Below, in pieces: positions 9,238-19,175 of a DNA stretch of 64,000 nt (its first letter is position 1; every line of letters starts with the position of its first letter). Source of the DNA: Sedimentisphaeraceae bacterium JB056 (lineage in GTDB: Bacteria; Planctomycetota; Phycisphaerae; Sedimentisphaerales; Sedimentisphaeraceae); NCBI GenBank assembly GCA_044440125.1, contig JBITAJ010000012.1, positions 96,001 to 160,000 of the forward strand, written 5' to 3'. Both the position numbers and the translations under genes were made by a program. The notes beneath the pieces are model-generated. The model worked only from the letters and a program-made list of their open reading frames with translations, ran no database searches and was not told the origin of the DNA.

Positions 9238-11154
9238 ATGGCATTGGAAAGAGAATACTTTTTGATCATAATTATCATTCTTGTTATACTTGTTTCAGCA
9301 ATAGTGATAGTTCGGTCATTATCCACCAAAAACAAGAATTTGTTCAAAAAAACACTTAAAAAAGCCGAAGAAGGATCCGTTGATTCTCAATACGCTTTGG
9401 CCTTAATGTATCATAATGGGGAAGGTGTTCAACAAAACTATCAAGAAGCCATTAAATGGTATACAAAGGCAGCTGAAGATAAATTCAGTAAGGCACAAAA
9501 CGCACTGGCTCGTATGTATTCCAATGGAGAGGGTGTTCAGCAAGACTATAAAAAAGCAATCGAATGGTTCACTGAAGCGGCTCAGCAAGGAAACTGCTAT
9601 GCTCAATATAATCTTGCTACGATGTATTCTTTTGGCGATGGTGTACAGCAGGATTACGAGGAAGCGATAAAATGGTATACAAAAGCAGCTGAACAAAAAC
9701 TTAGTGAGGCACAGGACGCTTTGGGGCTATTTTATACCAATGGTCAGGGAGTTCAGGCCGACGACGAGCAAGCAAGTAAATGGTATGCGAAAGCTGCTAA
9801 ACAGGGATATGATCAAGCTCAATATAACCTTGCCGTAATGTATGACAATGGCATGGGAGTAAAACAGAACCATAAAAAAGCCCTTAAATGGTACATAAAG
9901 GCCGCGAAACAGGGATTGGTGCATGCCCAATACAGACTGGGAGAATTGTGTATTGGTGATGAATGGGTTCTGCGAGATTACAAAAAAGCAGTTACGTGGT
10001 ATACGAAAGCTGCCGAACAAGGACTTTGTGAAGCTCAATACGATCTTGCGGTTATATATATTAATGGCATAGGTGTAAAACAAAACTATAAAGAAGCAAT
10101 TAAATGGTACACCAAAGCAGCTGAGCAGGGACTTATGTTTGCTCAATACACTCTTGGCTCAATATACGCTGAAGGTGACGGTGTGCAGCAGGACTATAAG
10201 GAAGCAATCAAGTGGTTTACTTTGTCTGCTGAGCAAGGATATGACAAGGCTCAATACAATCTTGGAGCAATGTACAATAATGGCGAGGGTGTATCACAAG
10301 ATTATGAGAATGCTCACAAATGGTTTGCTATGGCGGCTGAACAAGGACACATTAAAGCTCAATACAGTTTGGGGCTGATGTATTACAAGGGTGAGTATGT
10401 TCAGCAAGATTATATGGAAGCGATTAAATGGCTCACAGCTGCTGCCGAGGAAGGACACGCTAAAGCTCAATACATTCTTGGAGCAATATACAATAATGGT
10501 GAAGGTGTGTCTCAAGATATTAAGCAAGCAGTTAGATGGTTTGCGGCAGCAGCCGAACAGGGATACGATGTGGCTCAATACTGTCTTGGAGCAAAGTATT
10601 CCAATGGTCAAGGTGTTGAGCAAGATTATATGGAAGCACTCAAGTGGTACACAATGGCGGCTGAACAGGGATACGGTAAGGCTCAATATGATCTTGGCTG
10701 TATGTATGATAATGGTGAGGGCGTACAGCAAGACTATAAAAAAGCAGTAGAATTGTATACAAGAGCAGCCGAACAAGAAATTGCTGAGGCTCAAAATTCT
10801 CTGGGATTTATGTATTGCAAAGGCGAAGGTGTGTCGCAGGATTACAGGGAAGCACTCAAGTGGTATTCAATGGCGGCTGAAAATGGCCTTGTCGATGCAC
10901 AATACAATCTTGGTTTGATGCATGCTGATGGTGAAGGTGTTTCTCTAAATTATGAGGAAGCGATCAGGTTTTTCAAGATGGCAGCTCAGCAAGGGCATGT
11001 CCAGGCTCAATACAATCTCGGAGTGATGTATGCCAACGGTGAAGGTGTACCAGTAGATTATATGCAAGCTTATAAATGGTATGATCTTGCCGCAGAACAA
11101 GGCTTCACTGCTGCAAAAGAAAAAAGAGACGAACTGAAAACAGATGACCAATGA
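9238..11154 (+). CDS. Membrane-anchored Sel1-like repeat protein (about 16 repeats of 36 aa)
   Basis: N-terminal TM segment, then tandem AQYNLG.MY.NGEGV.QDY.EA.KWY..AAEQG. Confidence 0.95.
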   Translation: MALEREYFLIIIIILVILVSAIVIVRSLSTKNKNLFKKTLKKAEEGSVDSQYALALMYHNGEGVQQNYQEAIKWYTKAAEDKFSKAQNALARMYSNGEGVQQDYKKAIEWFTEAAQQGNCYAQYNLATMYSFGDGVQQDYEEAIKWYTKAAEQKLSEAQDALGLFYTNGQGVQADDEQASKWYAKAAKQGYDQAQYNLAVMYDNGMGVKQNHKKALKWYIKAAKQGLVHAQYRLGELCIGDEWVLRDYKKAVTWYTKAAEQGLCEAQYDLAVIYINGIGVKQNYKEAIKWYTKAAEQGLMFAQYTLGSIYAEGDGVQQDYKEAIKWFTLSAEQGYDKAQYNLGAMYNNGEGVSQDYENAHKWFAMAAEQGHIKAQYSLGLMYYKGEYVQQDYMEAIKWLTAAAEEGHAKAQYILGAIYNNGEGVSQDIKQAVRWFAAAAEQGYDVAQYCLGAKYSNGQGVEQDYMEALKWYTMAAEQGYGKAQYDLGCMYDNGEGVQQDYKKAVELYTRAAEQEIAEAQNSLGFMYCKGEGVSQDYREALKWYSMAAENGLVDAQYNLGLMHADGEGVSLNYEEAIRFFKMAAQQGHVQAQYNLGVMYANGEGVPVDYMQAYKWYDLAAEQGFTAAKEKRDELKTDDQ

Positions 11155-11209
11155 ATCCAGCCTCAATAAGGAAGCAGAATTTAGTTTTTTAGTATCGGGG
11201 ACAAGAGCC

Positions 11210-11282
11210 GCCCCCATCGTCTATGGGCCTAGGACGCCGGGTTCTCATCCCGGTAACAGGGGTTCGAGTCCCCTTGGGGGTA
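11210..11282 (+). tRNA. tRNA-Glu (CTC), copy 2 with altered D-loop (possibly non-functional)
   Basis: Identical to copy 1 except CTAGCGG>CTATGGG. Confidence 0.75.
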
Positions 11283-11330
11283 GTTTTCAATCTTTACTTG
11301 ATTCTCCAAATGATATTTTATGCTTGTCCT

Positions 11331-11936
11331 TTATTTGCAGATATTTGCAGAAGAATTGGGAATGTCTTTCTGCCTCTTATTTTCTTCAATTTTACGGTAT
11401 ACTCGGACGAATCCTGTCGGAATGTAATATTCAGTTGATTGCCCGAAATGTTTAATTAAACATTTCTCTGTCCTTTGGGAAAAAATAAAAACATCAAACA
11501 GTTTCGCGGTTCCAGTTTCCTCTGATATGTATTTGTCATAGTTTTCACAATCAACTATAGTACATAAGCCATCAAAAATCTGGAGATCAACACCCCTTTC
11601 ACCTTCTTCATCAACAGGGATTTTATTATCTGAACACCACCAAAGTCTATTAACATTCCATCCCAGAGTTGGTGACTCTACAATAATACATCCTTGCCCC
11701 TGAGATATTTTCTGTTTTACATTATTTAAAGAAATTGTCCGATTATTTTTACTTAAACGTTTCTTAAGCAACAGCCCTTTTACATATAAAGAAAGGTAAA
11801 CGTAAATCTGTCCCCCAAAGAATATAAGCAGGATTAATCCAATGTAACCTAAAAAAAGCCACCCGAAGATAGGGGAAAATATCGCAAAAGTTATTATTGT
11901 AACTATCAATAAAAGTTTCATTATTTTGTTAAGCAT
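11331..11936 (-). CDS. Hypothetical membrane-anchored protein
   Basis: 201 aa ORF, hydrophobic N-terminus, AT-rich. Confidence 0.6.
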   Translation of the reverse strand: MLNKIMKLLLIVTIITFAIFSPIFGWLFLGYIGLILLIFFGGQIYVYLSLYVKGLLLKKRLSKNNRTISLNNVKQKISQGQGCIIVESPTLGWNVNRLWWCSDNKIPVDEEGERGVDLQIFDGLCTIVDCENYDKYISEETGTAKLFDVFIFSQRTEKCLIKHFGQSTEYYIPTGFVRVYRKIEENKRQKDIPNSSANICK

Positions 11937-11951
11937 ATAAAATCCGGTGCT

Positions 11952-12566
11952 TTAAATATCATAGACCCATTTTAAAACCATTGATTCAGACCAATATCTA
12001 TATGGCAGCATCATTGTGGTATTTGTCTGCTCAGGATTAACAAGAATCGGAAACCGGTTATATGAGAGTCTTTTGGTTGGTAGATGCTTACGATCAACCA
12101 TTATACATGCATAGAAACATTCTATACCCTCAGTAAATGAAGGTGGTATGAGGAGCTTCATATCCATTACCATTTCATCTTCCAGCTTGTCAGCCAAAAT
12201 CTGAAGTTGCGGGTTAACCAATTGTTTGCCTCGCAGACCAAACAATTTCACTGCGGTTTCATCAAGAATTTCGGTATATGAATCTACCTGCGGATCAAGA
12301 CTGTAGACTATTGTCGCCGGATGACTGCTAAAACCACGCCTATACAACAGTTCATTAGCCTGAATAAGACGTCCCCAAACGACTCTGCCGTTTTTAAGAA
12401 GCTTCCATTGATCACGATACAACTCAAAAAATCGAAAATCTAACGACCTGATCGCCCAAAACGGTACTGATAAACTCGCCTTCCAAAGCTCAAAACCTTT
12501 AATCTGCCGTGGAGCATCACCGAATATCTCACGGCACTCTTCTATTATCTGCGATTCTTTATTCAT
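11952..12566 (-). CDS. Hypothetical protein
   Basis: 204 aa ORF tightly packed between co-oriented neighbours. Confidence 0.65.
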   Translation of the reverse strand: MNKESQIIEECREIFGDAPRQIKGFELWKASLSVPFWAIRSLDFRFFELYRDQWKLLKNGRVVWGRLIQANELLYRRGFSSHPATIVYSLDPQVDSYTEILDETAVKLFGLRGKQLVNPQLQILADKLEDEMVMDMKLLIPPSFTEGIECFYACIMVDRKHLPTKRLSYNRFPILVNPEQTNTTMMLPYRYWSESMVLKWVYDI

Positions 12567-12575
12567 TGGATATTG

Positions 12576-13850
12576 CTATTTGACAGAGTTTTTTGCTAAT
12601 TCCCTTGTTTCTTCTTCGCTGTCATATTTGATTTCCTCCCAGATTCTTTCCGGCAATACATCATTTTCTATCATTATTTTGACAATATCCTCTCTACAAA
12701 TTCCACAATTTATCCTGTCGTAAAGAGCCATTAAAGGTTTCAGACAATCTTTCGTTTTATTCTTTTCATAAATATCACGACAACTATGTGCAAGATCATG
12801 AAGCTTATGCGGATTTCTTGTTCTTTCAATAATATCATAAAGCCTCTTTCCATCACCTTCTTTATAGTTTTCCATCAAGAGATTTGTATATACTTCAGGC
12901 CTCTTAGATATCCTTATCTGTTTTAACGCGAACCGGCGTATATCGTCTCCTGTAAAAAATCCTAAGGCATCAACTGCACGCTCAACAAGCATATCTTTAC
13001 TGCTGTATGGTCGCTTTGCATGTTCCAATAAGATTCTATAGTCATATGGATATTTTACTGTAGTAAATATACCTAAATATTTTGCCTGCATGATTCTTGT
13101 CTTTTCTTTCAAAAAATCGTCAGCAAGCTTTTTTATATCATTCTCAGGCAATTCTTTCGCTCTTGATGGGGAGAGATAAAAGAAACGTCTTGTAAGTATC
13201 CATTTTTTAATTGTCTCGTAATTGCAATCCGATTTTCTCCTTCTTGGTCGCCGAAATTTATGCTTTAGAATCATATCAAGGTATATTTTGATATGCTTAT
13301 CTGACTTAGCTGCCTTCTTAAGCTCATCATATACCTTGATTTTAGGATTTTCTTTTTGAAAACAATCTACAGTAAAACTATCATCCCACATTTCAGGATC
13401 TTTGTCAAACACCTTACCATTAACATGTGCAACATAAAGTAAGCCTTTAAGCCCATCAATTTTTATAATTGCATTTTCCCCGTAAAATTCAGACGCTTTT
13501 ATTGCTTTATGACCATATCTTTTATAAACAGCTTTTTTAGCCTCAGAATCCCCTGCAACAGCAAATGATGCCGCCAGATCAAAAAGCTGATATAATGCGT
13601 AGGACTTTTCCTGTTCACGAGCAAGCCCTTTTAGTATTGCCTGCTTTATTTTATTTTTCTGTTTGGCAAGCTTAATTAAACCCCAAACATACTCCGCTCT
13701 ACTTTCACATTGATTATCGTAAGATAGATTTTTCAATGAAGCCCTTATTATATCAGCAGAAAAATCCAGATTCGGATATTGCATCATAAGCAGATAAGCC
13801 TCACCTGTTCCACGTTTTATAGAACTTTTGAACCGTTGCTTGACTGTCAC
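12576..13850 (-). CDS. Hypothetical basic alpha-helical protein
   Basis: Long ORF; GTG at 13850 preceded by AAGGA chosen as start (ORF track starts at 13895). Confidence 0.7.
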   Translation of the reverse strand: MTVKQRFKSSIKRGTGEAYLLMMQYPNLDFSADIIRASLKNLSYDNQCESRAEYVWGLIKLAKQKNKIKQAILKGLAREQEKSYALYQLFDLAASFAVAGDSEAKKAVYKRYGHKAIKASEFYGENAIIKIDGLKGLLYVAHVNGKVFDKDPEMWDDSFTVDCFQKENPKIKVYDELKKAAKSDKHIKIYLDMILKHKFRRPRRRKSDCNYETIKKWILTRRFFYLSPSRAKELPENDIKKLADDFLKEKTRIMQAKYLGIFTTVKYPYDYRILLEHAKRPYSSKDMLVERAVDALGFFTGDDIRRFALKQIRISKRPEVYTNLLMENYKEGDGKRLYDIIERTRNPHKLHDLAHSCRDIYEKNKTKDCLKPLMALYDRINCGICREDIVKIMIENDVLPERIWEEIKYDSEEETRELAKNSVK

Positions 13851-13891
13851 GAAATTCCTTCTCTCATAATTAACATTAGTACTGTATGTTC

Positions 13892-14668
13892 TCAAAATGG
13901 GATATAGAATGATATTAGTATGGCAAACATGTTATATAGGCCGTGGAATATTATTGCGGCTATTATGTATGGGTAAGCATGATGGAGCTGGGGGCGTTTG
14001 CGTTGTTTCATACACCTGCACCACATCTCCGTCACTCCCAATCCTGCAATCAGCGTTGCTGTTGTGTGCATCAGCGTACATATCGACCATCGCCATGCTA
14101 TTATCATTTCAGAAGGGTTTTCTATATATACATGCAGGTAGATGAGATTTTCTATAACCGCGAACATGAGTCCGCCCGCGGCAAAACACAGAATCAATTG
14201 GTATTTAGATCTAAAATAGAAAGGTCGCTTTTCTGCAACATAAAAGCCGATTGCAATTTTTATAAACTCTTCAGTTAGAGGCCCGAAAACGGCGATAATA
14301 ATGACTCCGGCGCTGAATACACGCACTTCGCTATAGCCGTTGAACAATGCTCCGATTATTGCCCATGGCCCGGCCGAAAGTACCACCGCGAGTGTTATAA
14401 GCCAGGATTTTGCCAGGCTTGTAGCTTTGATTTTCTTTTCCAGCCATGCGGCATATGTCAGATGCTCGTTTTCATTCGATCCGTGAAGCTCGCTGCTTAA
14501 TGAAGGCTCATCCCAAACACTGTGCTCTATTAGCTGGTCTTCGGATTCTTTTTCCGATTGCTTTTTCGAGAATATTCTGTCGGCTTTCAGTTCGCTTGGG
14601 TCTGCCTCTGTGTAATTCTCGCTGAAACAAGGCTCATCAAATACAGATTGTGATTTCCTTTTACCCAT
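13892..14668 (-). CDS. PrsW-family intramembrane metalloprotease
   Basis: GPLTEEFIK, FAVIENLIY, H..AT and FHGLYN motifs with TM helices. Confidence 0.85.
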   Translation of the reverse strand: MGKRKSQSVFDEPCFSENYTEADPSELKADRIFSKKQSEKESEDQLIEHSVWDEPSLSSELHGSNENEHLTYAAWLEKKIKATSLAKSWLITLAVVLSAGPWAIIGALFNGYSEVRVFSAGVIIIAVFGPLTEEFIKIAIGFYVAEKRPFYFRSKYQLILCFAAGGLMFAVIENLIYLHVYIENPSEMIIAWRWSICTLMHTTATLIAGLGVTEMWCRCMKQRKRPQLHHAYPYIIAAIIFHGLYNMFAILISFYIPF

Positions 14669-14752
14669 TTATGCTTCTACAGTTACGAATTAAGAATTAC
14701 AAGTTAGGAATTGAGATGTTCGCTGTCGCTATAAGTAAGTCCTAATTGTCCA

Positions 14753-15229
14753 TTATAAATTATATTTTCTGTTTGCAAAATATGCCGTGCCGCTTGCCAA
14801 AACTTCTATAGCGATAGCGTTATTTTTCCTCATGCCGCTGATATTTGAGAAAGATACTCGCACATTGCAGACGGAATTGTAACCTCTGGCCTGTGCTTCT
14901 TCCAGCATTCTAAGGATGGCTTCTTTCTCTGCTCTTTCCATAAGTGCTCTGTAGCTTTTCATTTCACCGCCGAATATCTTACGAAGTCCTGAAATGAAAT
15001 TTCTGAGGTAATCAGAGGTAAACACCGTTTCTCCTGTAACCAGAGTTGAATTTCTCAATGAGTCAACATTCCCATGTGTCGTTTTGAAATTTGTGACAAC
15101 CATATGGCTCAGAGCGATCTGGCGTTTCTTTATACTTCGTGAATGACATATGCCGATCAGTGTTCCGCTGATCAGGGCAAGAAGTAACAGGCCTGCAAAT
15201 ATAGATAGTTGTATTATTACAGGTTCCAT
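14753..15229 (-). CDS. YbjQ/UPF0145-family protein with N-terminal TM helix
   Basis: LRKIFGGEMKSY...EAILRM..EA...G.N.V.NVR...ASGTA. Confidence 0.8.
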   Translation of the reverse strand: MEPVIIQLSIFAGLLLLALISGTLIGICHSRSIKKRQIALSHMVVTNFKTTHGNVDSLRNSTLVTGETVFTSDYLRNFISGLRKIFGGEMKSYRALMERAEKEAILRMLEEAQARGYNSVCNVRVSFSNISGMRKNNAIAIEVLASGTAYFANRKYNL

Positions 15230-15230
15230 A

Positions 15231-15596
15231 TCATTGCTCTTGAATAGTTTGCATCTCTGGAGCAGGCTGTAATTCTGCGACCGGTTGAAGCACTACAGCT
15301 GTTCCGTAAACATAAAGCTCGGCAGCTCCCATCGTTATGGCACTTGTGCTGAATCTTACGTTCAATATAGCATTTGCTCCAAGTTGTGCCGCTTGTGCCA
15401 TCATTCGCTCAACGGCTTGCCTGCGCGCCTCGGTTAGCAGTTCGGTGTATCCTTTGAGTTCGCCTCCGACGAGATTCTTAAAACTTGCGGCGATATCACG
15501 ACCAACATGCTTGGCCCGTATAGTATTGCCCTGCACAAGTCCTCTGATATCAACTATTTCCATCCCCGGTACCGTTTCTGTGTTTACGATAATCAA
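15231..15596 (-). CDS. YbjQ/UPF0145-family protein
   Basis: GRDIAASFKNLVGGELKGYTELL.EAR..A.ERM; TTG start at 15596 after GGAGG. Confidence 0.9.
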   Translation of the reverse strand: MIIVNTETVPGMEIVDIRGLVQGNTIRAKHVGRDIAASFKNLVGGELKGYTELLTEARRQAVERMMAQAAQLGANAILNVRFSTSAITMGAAELYVYGTAVVLQPVAELQPAPEMQTIQEQ

Positions 15597-15810
15597 GCTG
15601 ACCTCCAATATCAATTATGAATTTAACATGGTTTTGTATTAAGATTCATAGTGATTATATGGAATATTATATTAAGTATCAAAAGAAAACTTATGATTTG
15701 TATTAAAAAACGAGCCGACAGTCATTGTGATAAATTATTTTGACATTTTAATCAAATTGTCGTAAAATCAAGACTTGGCTTTTAATTGTGTTTTTTAAGG
15801 AATTGGTATA

Positions 15811-16122
15811 ATGAAGCTTTGTGTTTATATTTCATTATTCTTTTTTGCCGCATTATCTCCTGCCGGTTGGGTTAATACTATAGGTAATTATTCAAATTGG
15901 AATTCCAGTAACAGGGAGTCTATAGCTGCGCAAAATGAAGATGTAATTTCTGGAATAAAAGACAGTTGTGTTGATTCTATGGATCAGAGGCAGAATGTTG
16001 ATATTGGCGGTGGAATCGATGATTCTAAAGTCTCAGGTTTTGCAAAAGTACCTGAACCGATGACATTCGCTATTCTGGGGCTTGGTGCTCTGTTTGTTGG
16101 AGGATTCAGACGCCGACGTTAA
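15811..16122 (+). CDS. Small secreted PEP-CTERM protein
   Basis: Signal peptide; C-terminal VPEPMTFAILGLGALFVGGFRRRR. Confidence 0.88.
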   Translation: MKLCVYISLFFFAALSPAGWVNTIGNYSNWNSSNRESIAAQNEDVISGIKDSCVDSMDQRQNVDIGGGIDDSKVSGFAKVPEPMTFAILGLGALFVGGFRRRR

Positions 16123-16140
16123 TTAGTGCCGTTATCTGTA

Positions 16141-16698
16141 TCAGCAATTTTGAGTATTTGCGATTTGTTTTACTGCATCAGCTATTGTTTCCGGCTCGCT
16201 CATTCTGCCGATGTTTTCGATGCCGCAGGCCAGACGGCCTGACTCAGGACCTACTATTTGCCATTTCTGTGCTTTGAGAATCTCTAAGTTTCGTTGTGTC
16301 GCGGGGTTTTGCCACATACCGGTATTCATTGCAGGGGCAAGAAGTACTGGTTTCTGCCATCCTGCGCAGAGTGTCGTGCTTAACATATCATCGGCTATCC
16401 CGTTTGCGGCTTTTGCTATTATATTCGCGGTGGCAGGTGCTACCACGATGATATCGCTTTTTTCAATCAGATTTATATGGCCGATATGATATTTGCTGCC
16501 TGTTTCCCACATACTTGTTATTACCGTATTATTTGTAATGGCTTCAAAAGTTCGGGCAGTGATAAGTTTTGCGGCATTCTCGGTCAGTATGCAACGCACG
16601 ACGGCACCCTGCTTGACAAGTATGCTTGCCAAAGAAGCCGCTTTGTAAGCCGCGATGCCTCCACTTACGCCTAAAAGTATGTTAAGTTTTTGCAGCAT
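16141..16698 (-). CDS. coaC: Phosphopantothenoylcysteine decarboxylase (stand-alone CoaC flavoprotein)
   Basis: GVSGGIAAYK, APATANIIAK, APAMNTGMW, LACG..GRM; no CoaB domain. Confidence 0.88.
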   Translation of the reverse strand: MLQKLNILLGVSGGIAAYKAASLASILVKQGAVVRCILTENAAKLITARTFEAITNNTVITSMWETGSKYHIGHINLIEKSDIIVVAPATANIIAKAANGIADDMLSTTLCAGWQKPVLLAPAMNTGMWQNPATQRNLEILKAQKWQIVGPESGRLACGIENIGRMSEPETIADAVKQIANTQNC

Positions 16699-16734
16699 AA
16701 TATATTAAGCCGGGCTTGATGTGCCCGGCCTAAA

Positions 16735-16941
16735 TCATTTATCTTCTGGAAGTTCGTAAGATATCTTGTCTTCAAGTATCTCTTGAACAACTATTTCCAT
16801 AAGTGTTTTGTTTTTTGTATCTTCGATCAACGGCCTTGAACCGTTCATGATCTCTTTCATACGTTTCTGTATGAGTACTGACAGTTTGAAACTGCCGCCG
16901 ACTTTGTCCATAAGGTTTTCGTGCTTAAGAGCTTCTATCAT
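16735..16941 (-). CDS. rpoZ: RNA polymerase omega subunit
   Basis: [14 protein letters not shown]; gmk-rpoZ-coaC synteny. Confidence 0.85.
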   Translation of the reverse strand: MIEALKHENLMDKVGGSFKLSVLIQKRMKEIMNGSRPLIEDTKNKTLMEIVVQEILEDKISYELPEDK

Positions 16942-17023
16942 TTTTCTCTCCTTTGTTTTATAGCGAGAAGTAAGAAGTGAGAAGTTTGGCTTCTCTTATC
17001 ATATTTTATTGTATATTTTTATA

Positions 17024-17602
17024 TCAACAAGCATTTTTGCCTGTATCTACCGTTTTTATTATTTCAATGACATTATTAACCGCATCCTCGAGTTTATCAT
17101 TTACGACGAAATGCGTGTAATGTTCTTTTCCTATTTCAATCTCTTTTTGAGCTTTGGCAAGTCTCACCTTTATTGTGTCTTCGGTATCTCTGCCGCGTCC
17201 CCTGATTCTTTGTTCAAGCTGCTGCATATCAGGCGGCAAAATAAAAATCATTACGGCATCAGGATATTTATCCTTTACCTGAAGCCCGCCCTGAACATCT
17301 ATTTCAAGTATTACAGGTTTGCCCTGCTCAAGCATCTGGTCCGTTTTGTCTTTTCTTGTGCCGTAAAGGTTGCCGAAAACATCCGCATATTCGAGGAACT
17401 GGCCTTTTTCAACCATCTCTTCAAACTCACAACGATCCATGAACCAGTAATTAACGCCGTTCTGTTCGCCTTTACCGGGCTGTCTGGTAGTTGCCGAGAT
17501 ACTAAGCTGTAAATCGTACTGCTTCACAACCTGGGAAACAATTGTTCCTTTTCCGACACCGCTGGGGCCGCTCAAAACTATTAATCTGCCTTTATTCGAC
17601 AT
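17024..17602 (-). CDS. gmk: Guanylate kinase
   Basis: SGPSGVGKGT, SATTR.P, YGT, LEIDVQG. Confidence 0.96.
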   Translation of the reverse strand: MSNKGRLIVLSGPSGVGKGTIVSQVVKQYDLQLSISATTRQPGKGEQNGVNYWFMDRCEFEEMVEKGQFLEYADVFGNLYGTRKDKTDQMLEQGKPVILEIDVQGGLQVKDKYPDAVMIFILPPDMQQLEQRIRGRGRDTEDTIKVRLAKAQKEIEIGKEHYTHFVVNDKLEDAVNNVIEIIKTVDTGKNAC

Positions 17603-18473
17603 TCTGAACCTGTTCTTTGATTCTGTCAACAGAGCACTTCATGTCAACTACCCATTGGCATATCTGTGAATCAGAAGCTTTGCTGCCTATTGTGTTTACC
17701 TCTCTGAACATTTCCTGACAGAGAAAATCGAGTCGTCTTCCAACACTCTGATTGCTGTTCGCTTCTTTATCGAACAGGTTCAGATGCGAGCGAAGACGGG
17801 CTATTTCCTCAGAAATATCACAACGGTCGGCAAATACGGCTACCTCTCTTATCAGCATTTGCTCATCAAGTGTGAGTTTTGCCGATTTAAGCAAGTCGTT
17901 AACCCGCTTTTCGAGTTTTTCCCTGTATTCATTCACAACTACAGGGGCTTTTTCCGATATCTTTTCAAGCACATTCGCGATATTGCCGCAATGCGAGAGC
18001 AAATCGGCGGTCAGTTCTTCACCTTCAGCCTTTCGCATGTTCTTGAGATTTTCAATGGCATCGGCTGCTACTTTACAGACGGCCTTTTCAATTTCTTTTT
18101 GCTGCTGTTCATCGGGCTCGTAAGGTTCGACTACGCCCGGGTAGTTCAACAGGCTCGAGGCGTTTATAGTGCAGTTCTGGCAATCTTCTATAGAACTGTT
18201 GAGCTGTTCAACATAAAACTTTATTATCTCGGTGTTTATGTTTATAAGCGGCTTTTCTGACGTACTCTTCATCTGGAGCGTGAAATATACGGTACCTCTT
18301 GTAAGGTTTTCACGTATCATCTTCTCGATTTTCTCTTCAAGAAAAGTTACGTTATCAGGCAGCTTCAGTGTTGATTTGAGGAATTTGTTATTTACGGTTC
18401 TTATCTGAGCCGAATAGTATAAACCCTCGTCCTGATATACCGCTTCCCCATAACCTGTCATGCTTTGTAACAT
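17592..18473 (-). CDS. yicC: YicC/YloC family endoribonuclease
   Basis: MLQSMTGYG, DISEEIARL.SH, GRRLDFL.QEM.RE.NTIGSK, EQVQNVE. Confidence 0.93.
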   Translation of the reverse strand: MLQSMTGYGEAVYQDEGLYYSAQIRTVNNKFLKSTLKLPDNVTFLEEKIEKMIRENLTRGTVYFTLQMKSTSEKPLININTEIIKFYVEQLNSSIEDCQNCTINASSLLNYPGVVEPYEPDEQQQKEIEKAVCKVAADAIENLKNMRKAEGEELTADLLSHCGNIANVLEKISEKAPVVVNEYREKLEKRVNDLLKSAKLTLDEQMLIREVAVFADRCDISEEIARLRSHLNLFDKEANSNQSVGRRLDFLCQEMFREVNTIGSKASDSQICQWVVDMKCSVDRIKEQVQNVE

Positions 18474-18641
18474 ATTTACATCCCACTCATGAACCCAATA
18501 TTAAGCACACTATAATGCCGTTCATTTGCTATAATTTAAACCGTATGACAGGACACACAACACCCTTTACCGTTATTTTGCGGTAAAACAGGCTGTTGCG
18601 AGTCCTGCCTTTATATTGTCAAACTATTTTACGGAAACGGA

Positions 18642-19124
18642 TTATTCCGTATCAGCTGCTTTTTCTGCTTCTTCGGCAGTTTCTTGAGCAGCGGCTTCAG
18701 CTTCCTGTGCCTTAACTTCGACAGTTTGCTGAGCTTCCTGAGCTTCTGTAGCAGTTTCCTGCTCAACAGCGGCGGCTTCTTCCTCAATCGTTGCTTCTGA
18801 ATCCTCAAGCAGACTGCTTGTGTCAACAGCTGAGATATCAACGTCATCCTGAAGTCCTTCAAGAGCTACCGGCTTGTAGAATTTAGCCATTATTACTCCA
18901 ACGAAAAGGAATATAACGGTAAGTCCGATAGTTATCCATGTCAGGAAGTCTCCTGTTTTTGTACCAAGAAGGCTGTTAGAACCCGCACCGCCAAATGCAG
19001 CACCAAGACCGCCGCCTTTACCCTTTTGGATAAGGATAAGAAGAATCAGCAATGCTGCGGCAATAAACCATATAAAGCCGACAAGCATCATAATGAAAGG
19101 TACTTTAGCAAGTAAAAAAGTCAT
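18642..19124 (-). CDS. secG: Preprotein translocase SecG with acidic C-terminal tail
   Basis: ILIQKGKGGGLGAAFGG..S, two TMs, follows tpiA. Confidence 0.9.
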   Translation of the reverse strand: MTFLLAKVPFIMMLVGFIWFIAAALLILLILIQKGKGGGLGAAFGGAGSNSLLGTKTGDFLTWITIGLTVIFLFVGVIMAKFYKPVALEGLQDDVDISAVDTSSLLEDSEATIEEEAAAVEQETATEAQEAQQTVEVKAQEAEAAAQETAEEAEKAADTE

Positions 19125-19175
19125 ACTTAAGTTATCCTGAATTAAATATTTACCACAATTAGTCTAACAAGGTCC

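Noticed and set aside
9380..11110. 108 bp periodic DNA repeats resembling an array
   Set aside because: Explained by Sel1 protein repeats; no CRISPR repeat-spacer structure and no cas genes
11144..11455. Short ORFs over the second tRNA-Glu
   Set aside because: They overlap a tRNA and a minus-strand gene; spurious
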